Both the position numbers and the translations under genes were made by a program. DNA of 25,300 bases from Candidatus Altimarinota bacterium. Lineage in GTDB: Bacteria > Patescibacteriota > Gracilibacteria > UBA4473. The notes under the pieces are model-generated. The model saw only the letters and a program-made list of their open reading frames with translations. It was not told the DNA's origin and did not search any database. Positions within the stretch are counted from its first letter, which is position 1. Every line of letters starts with the position of its first letter. This document shows positions 12,184 through 19,897 of the stretch, piece by piece. The DNA lies in assembly GCA_050292255.1 (NCBI GenBank), contig JBNKLH010000001.1, forward strand, positions 1 to 25,300, read 5' to 3'.

Positions 12184-15048
12184 TTATACTCGTTTTTGGT
12201 GTGACTGGGATTGGTATTGTTGATCGTTTTTTTGATGCTTTTCCCTTAAAAACGCGTGATATTGATTGATCCGATTTTGGAAGTTCTTTGGATTAATGAC
12301 ATTCCATTCCAGTTTTCCTGTTTTATTTCCTATATTTTTAATACGCGGTGAAACTCTTTCTCCGATATTGAGAAGATTTTGTCCTTCGATTTCTTGGAAT
12401 GTTTTTTCGAGACGTTCCCGTTGTTGCGTTTCGTTTTCATCGATATTAAATAACTCCGTTATACTTTTGATGAAATCATTTAAAATCAAGAAATTATCCT
12501 GATCTTTGAGCAGTACGGGTTGATCATATGGAACGATAAATCGCGGTCGTTGCTCTTTGTTCTTGAAGTAATTTTGATCCGTCATGTACGGATATTCCTT
12601 TTTAATTTCCTTGGTTGATTTTAGGATCATATCTTCCCGAAACTTATCTTCCTCTCCCACACGAACTTCAATCCGATATCCGGCTTCCTGATAGGCATAA
12701 AAGATGACTTCGTAGGCATGTTTAATATCCGATTGAAAGAGGGCTTTTATCTCTTCCATGTTCTTCTTGTATTTCTGTAGCAAGGCGATTTTCACCTCCT
12801 CAGGAAGTTGATTAAACGGGAGTCGATCGTTCAAAAACAGAATTTCTCCATTTTTTTCTGCACAGAGGAGAAGTTGCATATCTTTTTCGTTTCTTTCCGC
12901 GAGTCGTTGATTGGTATATTTAATAACAATCGGAAGTCTGTTTTGAAAAGGTGAATAGGCTGTTTCTCCAACGGAATGAAAGGTTCCTTCTTTCAAATAT
13001 CGGTTGATATCTCCGTGTTCATCTACGTAGAGATCTGTATTGGGATTCATGTCATTTTCCATTCTGTATGCCTTGGCATTGGCTACAAAAGTGGTGGCAG
13101 GGATTTCTGAAAAAGTAGGGAGAGGGACTTTCTTTTTTGAATCATTGAAATCTTGAATTTGCTTTGGATATGCTGTATTGAGAGCCTCTTGATTGTCTAC
13201 CACAAATCGGCTCATTATGGACAATGCTGATTTGGGTAGTTTCTTGCCTGCGTATTTTTGTTTCATTTCCTGGCGAACTTCTTCATTGAGCACTTCGGAT
13301 TTCATCTCATTATTCCAACCGTCTTGAAGAATTTTATAATAGGCTTTCATGTATCCAATGAGTGCCCGGGCATATATTTTCCGTCGATAAGGAGCTTTAC
13401 TATGCCATGCAGCGACCTCATAAGACATGCTTTTGAAATCTCCATTTTTTGGAAGTCCTTCATCACCCAACTTATTGAGCTGGAGCATGTAGGCAAATGT
13501 GAGAATTTCGGCGTGGTTTGATTTAAATACCACTTTTTTATTTTCTTTATCGATAGAGAAAAACTGACTCCAAAATGTTGGATTATAGAGTTTGAGATAT
13601 TCAGCCGTGTGATAATTGAGCTGAAACATTCCAAAGTCTTTTGTCCGTCCTTCAAGTGATTCTACGTGATCTTCTTTCGGAATTCCTGAATTGAGCAGAG
13701 ATTCTACAGATCCCACAGAAAGCATGGTTATGAAAAGTGATTTGGCATCGTATTTTCCTTCAAAAACATCCTCCATTTCCACGCAAACAATTGCCATGTC
13801 ATAGAGGACACCGATGTTGTCGATGGTCTTGAGACTCGATTTTCGAGAATAGTGTTTGGTATAATCATTTCCAAGGGAATCTTGGAACGTCCGAGAATAA
13901 TGCGTTGTTTCTGTGTATTTCAGAAGATGTTCAGGAGTTCTCCGACAGTTTCTATCAGATAGATCTTTGTATTGGACAATTTCAGCTCCTTTGCGAACGA
14001 GGTTTTGGACTTTGAGTCGTTTTTCTAATGGAAGACGGGAAATGTATTCTTCAAATTGGAGTTGTTTTGTGGTTTCTGATTTGAGGGAATCAGTGGTCAT
14101 TCCTTTTCCCCGAAAAATCTTGAGCATTTTTTGGACCTCTTCTTCTGTGATAGAAGTTTTTGGATAAACATCCTTTTCTGGATCGATATGCCGGGGGAAA
14201 TAGTATTTATCTTTTCTATTGCTGTAGGGGACTGTGCTTTGAAAGTCTGCTTTGTGTGGCTTTACAAAAGAGAGATCATCAAAGAGCGGTTTATAGTTTT
14301 TAATTTCTTCGGTAAGTTCTATAAATCGTTTTGATTTTGTTCCTTCGAAACATTGAGAATAGGAAAAATCCTCTGGTGCATCCAATTGAAAAAGATTTTC
14401 CATTGTCCAAGCGGCAAATGCTTGTTTTGTTTTTCGACTGAGATGTACTTTGTCACCAAGGTATTCAAGCGGAATACCAATCTCATTTGTTTTGATATGT
14501 TTATCAATGAGGAGTTTTTCTTCGGCCAAAACTCGATTGGTTTCATTCACTTTATTTCGTCCCTTATGGATTTTTTCTCTTCCGGTGAGTTGGATATCAA
14601 AAACGATGAGGTTAATGCTTGGATTTATCTCTTTTATCCGTCGGTAGATTTTTTCTAATCCGCCTTGGTCAGTAGCGTGTTGGGGACTATTTCCTCCCGC
14701 CCAAAAGATAAGATCCTCTGCGCTTTTTATTGCTTCAATTGTATTTTCATTTTTGTACAAAGATTCAAGAATTACATCAGTTCTTCGTCCACTTTTTGCA
14801 TCTCTGTAAACGAGAAAATTATCGGCTTCTGCGGCTAAAATATTTCCCATACTGATAGGGCCGGCCATATTTGAATCCCCAAGAATAACGATTGAATGTA
14901 TTCGATTGTTTTGTTCGGGTTGTCCGAGCTGTGCCAATATGGAATACACAGATTCCTGGGTAGGAGTAGTGATTTGATTTTCTATCATTTCAACCGCTGT
15001 TGGGGAGAATATGGTAGCGGTTACAAGAATTTCTTTGGGTCCAATCAT
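12184..15048 (-). CDS. large multidomain protein (~954 aa): N-terminal SGNH/GDSL hydrolase plus central lysozyme-like/SLT domain
   Basis: SGNH blocks ILGDS, SGRRT, AGGN and DKVH. SLT-like motifs SVESLLN and DFGMFQLN. ATG 15048 is preferred over the ORF-track start (15297), which overlaps the divergent gene. Confidence 0.75.
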   Translation of the reverse strand: MIGPKEILVTATIFSPTAVEMIENQITTPTQESVYSILAQLGQPEQNNRIHSIVILGDSNMAGPISMGNILAAEADNFLVYRDAKSGRRTDVILESLYKNENTIEAIKSAEDLIFWAGGNSPQHATDQGGLEKIYRRIKEINPSINLIVFDIQLTGREKIHKGRNKVNETNRVLAEEKLLIDKHIKTNEIGIPLEYLGDKVHLSRKTKQAFAAWTMENLFQLDAPEDFSYSQCFEGTKSKRFIELTEEIKNYKPLFDDLSFVKPHKADFQSTVPYSNRKDKYYFPRHIDPEKDVYPKTSITEEEVQKMLKIFRGKGMTTDSLKSETTKQLQFEEYISRLPLEKRLKVQNLVRKGAEIVQYKDLSDRNCRRTPEHLLKYTETTHYSRTFQDSLGNDYTKHYSRKSSLKTIDNIGVLYDMAIVCVEMEDVFEGKYDAKSLFITMLSVGSVESLLNSGIPKEDHVESLEGRTKDFGMFQLNYHTAEYLKLYNPTFWSQFFSIDKENKKVVFKSNHAEILTFAYMLQLNKLGDEGLPKNGDFKSMSYEVAAWHSKAPYRRKIYARALIGYMKAYYKILQDGWNNEMKSEVLNEEVRQEMKQKYAGKKLPKSALSIMSRFVVDNQEALNTAYPKQIQDFNDSKKKVPLPTFSEIPATTFVANAKAYRMENDMNPNTDLYVDEHGDINRYLKEGTFHSVGETAYSPFQNRLPIVIKYTNQRLAERNEKDMQLLLCAEKNGEILFLNDRLPFNQLPEEVKIALLQKYKKNMEEIKALFQSDIKHAYEVIFYAYQEAGYRIEVRVGEEDKFREDMILKSTKEIKKEYPYMTDQNYFKNKEQRPRFIVPYDQPVLLKDQDNFLILNDFIKSITELFNIDENETQQRERLEKTFQEIEGQNLLNIGERVSPRIKNIGNKTGKLEWNVINPKNFQNRINQYHAFLREKHQKNDQQYQSQSHQKRV

Positions 15049-15181
15049 AGTGGGGAAATAGGGCCGATAAAAAGATGCTACGTATTTAGCTTTTTTTTGA
15101 CATAAGTCAATTTTGTATTTAGATATACGACCTGAAATAAAATTCGTTTCAAAATAAACATTCAGTACAATGGTTTGGCAT

Positions 15182-16069
15182 ATGAAAAAAACTCTTCTCA
15201 TTGGAAACTTTGGAGCCCGCAATATTGGAGATGAATTGATCCTGTATTTTGCGAGGAAGAAATATCCAGGGGCTATCGTGATGACGGCAGATCCCAAATT
15301 TAGCCAAGAGTTTTGTGAAGAAGTATTTGAAACGATTTCGCCATTTCCATCAGGGATACGGAGTCTTATTCGTTTTCTTTTTGAGAAAAAACAAAAGCGA
15401 GTGGATATTGATCAAGTGGTGTTTGTGGGTGGGGGACTCTTTGCGATTAAACCGCAGGCGGATTTTGTTTGGTGGTGTCAGTTTTGGTGGGCAAAGAAGT
15501 TTTTTCCAAAGGCAAAGTTTACTTTTGAATACCAAGGGGTGGATTCAAAGGTCTATTTTCTTCACAAGTTTTTTACGAAACGTGTCTTTTCTCGAGTGGA
15601 AGAGATTTCTGTTCGGGATAAATCATCGGCCCGTTTTTTGAAATCTTTGGGTATCAAAAAGGTTGAAGTTCGTGAAGATCGAGTTTGGGAATCTTTGCAA
15701 GCGGTGGATTTTGATCGACCAATGGATGCAAAATATGCGCTTTTTAATGCCAAGAAATCTCTGCCAAACTCCCGTTGGAAGAAGATTTTAGAGCCACTTC
15801 CTTCACATCTTGAACAGGTCTTTGTCTGTTTTGATCCGGAGGACGCGATGTTTGTGCCAAAGGGATTTTCCGGAGATATCTTTTTTCCTCATACAGCACA
15901 GGAGGTTTTTCACTTATTTACAAATGCTTCTTTGGCAATGGGGCAAAGGTTGCATTTTCTGATTTTAGCGGGGTATTTCGTAGGATCACAGCAAACATTT
16001 GTTCTTGGGAAACCCTATGCAGAAAAGGTCGGGAATTTTTGCAAGAAGCAGGGGATTAATGTGGCTTAG
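15182..16069 (+). CDS. polysaccharide pyruvyl transferase family protein (CsaB-like)
   Basis: IGNFGARNIGDELIL, VGGGLF, ISVRDKSS and GQRLHFLILA motifs typical of the PS_pyruv_trans family. Confidence 0.85.
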   Translation: MKKTLLIGNFGARNIGDELILYFARKKYPGAIVMTADPKFSQEFCEEVFETISPFPSGIRSLIRFLFEKKQKRVDIDQVVFVGGGLFAIKPQADFVWWCQFWWAKKFFPKAKFTFEYQGVDSKVYFLHKFFTKRVFSRVEEISVRDKSSARFLKSLGIKKVEVREDRVWESLQAVDFDRPMDAKYALFNAKKSLPNSRWKKILEPLPSHLEQVFVCFDPEDAMFVPKGFSGDIFFPHTAQEVFHLFTNASLAMGQRLHFLILAGYFVGSQQTFVLGKPYAEKVGNFCKKQGINVA

Positions 16070-16727
16070 ATATTAAATATCCCATCCCGTGAATAGTTTT
16101 TATGTATTTTGCGTTTTCTCCGAGTTTTTTCCGGAGAGAACGAATATGTACATCGATCGTGTTGGAGCGATTGGGAGTGGTTTTTTCTGACCAAATACTT
16201 TGGGCTAATTCTGCTCGAGGGACGACAACGTTTTGATTTCGAATGAGGTAGAGAAGGATTTGAAATTCTTTTTTTGTGAGAGCAATTTCATCATTGTGAG
16301 ATAAAACCATCATGTTCCCCAGATTTACTCGAATATCTCCACATTTAAAGACATTGTTTCTATGTTCATTTTTTCGTCGGAGAAGTCCTTTGACTCGTGC
16401 CAAAAATTCTTCAAAGGAAAAATCTTTTACCATAAAATCATCGGCTCCCATATTGATTGCTCGGATACGAGATTCAACGACTTTGTCTGATGACATAGCG
16501 AGGATGGGTGTTTCATTTCCGATCGTCCTGAGAGCAGAAATAATAAAAAATCCATCTTTCTTTGGAAGCATCATATCGAGCACAATAAGATCATATTTAT
16601 TATTTTTTGCTTTTTCGAACGCGACGTCTCCATCTTCCGCAAAATCTATATCAAATTTTTCTTTTCTGAGAGCAAGAGAAACAAGAGTTAACAGATCTGG
16701 ATTGTCTTCTACAACGAGTGCTTTCAT
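16056..16727 (-). CDS. OmpR/PhoB-family DNA-binding response regulator (no adjacent kinase)
   Basis: Receiver motifs VEDN, LDMMLP and GADDFMVK. Winged helix LTKKEFQIL...DVHIRSLRKKL...TIHGMGY. Confidence 0.93.
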   Translation of the reverse strand: MKALVVEDNPDLLTLVSLALRKEKFDIDFAEDGDVAFEKAKNNKYDLIVLDMMLPKKDGFFIISALRTIGNETPILAMSSDKVVESRIRAINMGADDFMVKDFSFEEFLARVKGLLRRKNEHRNNVFKCGDIRVNLGNMMVLSHNDEIALTKKEFQILLYLIRNQNVVVPRAELAQSIWSEKTTPNRSNTIDVHIRSLRKKLGENAKYIKTIHGMGYLISKPH

Positions 16728-16833
16728 ATCAAAAAAAATGAGAAAATGAATATTTCCTCATTCTTTTTACAATAATTTGACAATATGTGTCAAAAGTTGT
16801 TCTAAGAAAACTTCATGAAAACTTAATAATTTT

Positions 16834-17211
16834 TTATCCGTACAAAACAATTCCCGTAAGTGTTGCGGCATGTACGATAACCCATCCGAGGTTTACAAGG
16901 ATAATAGGTTTCTCTTTATGAACAATTCCGTACATAAGCCAAAAAGCACTCACAACAATATAGGTGGACCAAGAGATAGCAGAAAGTCCTTTGGCTGATC
17001 CGTCTGTAAAAATTTTATAGATTTGAGGGATCGTCATGATAGGACTCATAACTCCAATGAGTACGATACTCTTATCTAAAAGTCTTCGAAGTGCTTGGTG
17101 TTCATGTCGATGAAAAATTCGAGATAAAACATTTTTGATAAATCTCCAGACTTTCCACTCATGCATTCGCACTGTGTAGTGATGATGACCGATTCCATGC
17201 ATTGTAGGCAT
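16834..17211 (-). CDS. SemiSWEET/PQ-loop family small transporter with His-rich N-terminal extension
   Basis: IPQIYKIF (PQ motif), GLSAISW and FWLMYG; three hydrophobic helices. Start is uncertain. Confidence 0.8.
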   Translation of the reverse strand: MPTMHGIGHHHYTVRMHEWKVWRFIKNVLSRIFHRHEHQALRRLLDKSIVLIGVMSPIMTIPQIYKIFTDGSAKGLSAISWSTYIVVSAFWLMYGIVHKEKPIILVNLGWVIVHAATLTGIVLYG

Positions 17212-17249
17212 TTTCTAAAGGTTAATAGTATGAATAAGTTTGATATTGA

Positions 17250-18260
17250 TTAATCTTGAATAATTTTCCATTTCACTTCTTTTTTGAGGTGTCCTTTTGG
17301 AATGGTGAATCCAGAAGCTTTGACGTGTCCACCTCCTCCGTATCGTTCGGCTAAAGCTTTTACATCAATATTTGGATCACGGGTTCGAAGAGAAGCTTTT
17401 ACATTCCCTTTCTCGTCTTCAGAGAGGACGACGGAATATTTCGCCTCTGGCATAGAAGACACAAGATCAATCACTCCTTGGAGATCTGATCGTGTCGCGC
17501 CGAGTGATTCATAATCTGATTTATGCACTCCGATAATAGCGGCTCCATCGTCAGTGAGATGCAAGTCTTTGAGTACTTTTCCCCAGAGTTTAAATTTCTT
17601 GAATTCGTTATTGTAGAAAACGTTTTTTGCGATTTTGGAAATATTTCCTCCCAGTTTTACCAATTCTGACGCCATGGCATATGTTTTTGGGGTTGTGTTC
17701 TGGTGTTGGAAACTTCCCGTATCAGTATAAATCCCAAGGAGAAGACAGGTAGCAATATCCGGAGTGATTTTAATCTCTAGTTCTTTCAAAAGTTCGGCTA
17801 CAATCTCACAACTAGAACTTGCTTTCGTATTTACAAAGTTTACATCTCCAAAGAGATCGTTTGTTGGGTGGTGATCGATATTGATCTTGAACATTTCGTC
17901 AGACAGGATTTCTGGATGTGCATCGTGAAATCGTGTCATTTTTTTGTCTCCACAATCTACAAATACCACTCCTTGAAACTTCTCGGGATCAAAATCTTTT
18001 TTGTATTCTTTTGTGTCTTTGATGAATTGAAATGCTTCAGGAATATTATCCAAACAGGCAAGAGACACCGGGAATTCGAGATTTTTTAGTCCTCGGTACA
18101 ATGCGGTAGATGCCCCAGTGGTATCTCCGTCTGGACCTGCGTGAGAGATAATAAGAATACGCGGTTTGTCAGAAAGAAATTCCTTTAATGTCTGTAAACT
18201 CTCTTTCGTGTCTTCTTTGGCAAAGAATGGTTTGTTTTGCGTAGAACGAGATTGTTTCAT
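17250..18260 (-). CDS. nrnA: DHH-family phosphoesterase, NrnA-like nanoRNase/pAp phosphatase
   Basis: SHAGPDGD, VDCG, IDHHP, TDTGSF and DHHA1 GGGHVKASG motifs. Confidence 0.9.
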   Translation of the reverse strand: MKQSRSTQNKPFFAKEDTKESLQTLKEFLSDKPRILIISHAGPDGDTTGASTALYRGLKNLEFPVSLACLDNIPEAFQFIKDTKEYKKDFDPEKFQGVVFVDCGDKKMTRFHDAHPEILSDEMFKINIDHHPTNDLFGDVNFVNTKASSSCEIVAELLKELEIKITPDIATCLLLGIYTDTGSFQHQNTTPKTYAMASELVKLGGNISKIAKNVFYNNEFKKFKLWGKVLKDLHLTDDGAAIIGVHKSDYESLGATRSDLQGVIDLVSSMPEAKYSVVLSEDEKGNVKASLRTRDPNIDVKALAERYGGGGHVKASGFTIPKGHLKKEVKWKIIQD

Positions 18261-18570
18261 GTGTTTGACAAAAATGTGAAATTGTATTTTATATTATTTT
18301 ATTTGTTTTGTAAACCCTTTTTGTGTTGAATTTTAAAGATAAGGAGAGCGTATTTTAGCATATACAAAAAAGTGAGCATAAAAATACTTATTATGGATAA
18401 CTCTGCATTGCGGGGCTACTCGAGGCAGTTGTATCCTCGTCATTTCATTTATATTTAGTGATTTTCCTGATTCAGAATGTTACAAATGTTACACGATGGA
18501 GTTAGTATTCAAGAGCCAAATTTTGATTGATAGAAAAATTGAAAGTGTTTTTGTAGTTTTTTCGGATAAC

Positions 18571-18618
18571 AAAAAAACTCCTCAAGTTCACAACGTACAA
18601 CTGTTATGACTTGAGGAG
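18571..18618 (-). terminator. Rho-independent terminator after 18626..19012
   Basis: CTCCTCAAGT...ACTTGAGGAG 10 bp stem, extendable inward, followed by T7 on the minus strand. Confidence 0.8.
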
Positions 18619-18625
18619 AAAACCC

Positions 18626-19012
18626 TTATTGACGGTTAAGTGTTTTTAATGCGGCTTTTAACTCTTTCCTCAGAACCTTTTTTGGATTCTTTCTTACCAC
18701 CCACCCCGGATAACTCGCTATATTCCAGTTATCATCACGGATTTCAAATAATCCATATCCGATCTTGGGAAATCCAATTTCCCAAGAGTTAATGTTTTTA
18801 TTGACGCTTCCTTTATAAAACTTGAGCGTCTCTGTCTTGTAAAAAACAGAGTATGGAGACAACAAAAGGTTATACTCCACAGTATCTTCCTTTGCTATTT
18901 CTACCAATACGAGCTCTTCGAGCTCACACACGAGAGACTTTATACTTTGCGCTTCTACAGCAGAAACTGAAAAAAAGAAAACCATCCCTAAAACTAAAAA
19001 ATATTTCTTCAT
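18626..19012 (-). CDS. hypothetical secreted protein (128 aa)
   Basis: Signal peptide MKKYFLVLGMVFFFSVSAVEA and its own terminator; no recognisable domain. Confidence 0.7.
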   Translation of the reverse strand: MKKYFLVLGMVFFFSVSAVEAQSIKSLVCELEELVLVEIAKEDTVEYNLLLSPYSVFYKTETLKFYKGSVNKNINSWEIGFPKIGYGLFEIRDDNWNIASYPGWVVRKNPKKVLRKELKAALKTLNRQ

Positions 19013-19424
19013 AATCGAGAATTTAATTGATTAATAAATAAAAAATGCTCGCAATTCTTCTGATAATTCAAAAAAATTACCAGCATTTTCCAATACTAAC
19101 CTTTCACTCAACCGTTATCTCAAAGAGCTATGTAGGAAACTTTCGAATCCCAAAGGATTAAAAATTTCACAATAAAAAAATAATACTTCTTCTTATTTTT
19201 GTCAATGATCTGTGAATTGTATTGCGATCATATTGCTGAAAGATGAATTGGAAAAGATTCAAGTAAGTTCTCATTAGTGCTCCTTCTCCATCTAGCCAAA
19301 ACAGACAAAATATCCCTTTGTAAGTAGGACTCTTTCATCGGATCCAGAAAGTGATTTGGGAATACTCAAAAAACACAAAAGCAACCGAAGTAGTTCGGTC
19401 ACAATTATGTATTAGTGCTCAAAA

Positions 19425-19567
19425 TGGCATCGCCAAGGGGAATACTCATTTCTTACATCTTTTGTTTTACCGTGGCCTGCGGCATCGAACCCTTTTGGGT
19501 TCAATTCCCACGGACTTACGTCCATACAAAAACCACCATAAACCTCAAGGGCTTATGGTGACTTTTG
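19425..19567 (-). mobile_element. 143 bp mini-insert downstream of tRNA-Glu, ending in a 19 bp copy of the tRNA 3' end
   Basis: TGGCATCGCCAAGGGGAAT occurs at both 19425-19443 and 19568-19586. The core shares sequence with the tRNA-Ser insert. Mobility is inferred. Confidence 0.65.
19528..19560 (-). terminator. terminator directly after tRNA-Glu
   Basis: Minus strand CACCATAAGCC-cttga-GGTTTATGGTG followed by GTTTTT. Confidence 0.8.
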
Positions 19568-19642
19568 TGGCATCGCCAAGGGGAATCGAACCCCTGTTAC
19601 CAGGATGAAAACCTGGCGTCCTAACCACTAGACGATGGCGAC
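19568..19642 (-). tRNA. trnE: tRNA-Glu (anticodon TTC)
   Basis: Cloverleaf with acceptor GTCGCCA/TGGCGAT, anticodon arm CCAGG-TT TTC AT-CCTGG, T arm GGTTCGATT and encoded CCA. Confidence 0.97.
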
Positions 19643-19775
19643 TCTGCGTCGTCGGTGACGGCGCATGTTCCATTTCTTTCTTCGTTTTACTACGAAAGAA
19701 ACTTCACTTGCTTTGTAACCTCCGACTTTTCCCCAAAAAATCTTCACTTCGTTCCGTTTTTTCGGGGGCCCCTTT
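19643..19775 (-). repeat. tRNA-upstream hairpin element, copy A (5' of tRNA-Glu)
   Basis: 19730-19775 (minus) matches 21386-21431 (plus) at 41/46 nt. CACCGACGACG lies 4 nt before the tRNA in both copies. Confidence 0.85.
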
Positions 19776-19822
19776 GCTTTTGCAAGTAAAAGAGATAGTC
19801 TATATACCTAAAGAGCCAGCGA

Positions 19823-19850
19823 ATTCTATCGAAAATTTTATATGTGTCAA
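19823..19850 (-). promoter_or_regulatory. sigma70 promoter driving the element plus tRNA-Glu
   Basis: TTGACA (19850-19845), 16 nt spacer, TAGAAT (19828-19823). Confidence 0.6.
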
Positions 19851-19861
19851 AATTTTTTTGA

Positions 19862-19890
19862 TTGATCATTCGGCTTTGTTACGGGATAAT
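19862..19890 (+). promoter_or_regulatory. promoter for the flippase, probably giving a leaderless mRNA
   Basis: TTGATC (19862-19867), 17 nt spacer, GATAAT (19885-19890); the ATG is at 19898. Confidence 0.45.
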
Positions 19891-19897
19891 ACAAGAG

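Noticed and set aside
15049-15297. 83 aa N-terminal extension of the large minus-strand ORF
   Set aside because: It overlaps the start and promoter region of the divergent CsaB-like gene and does not look like coding sequence; ATG 15048 is preferred.
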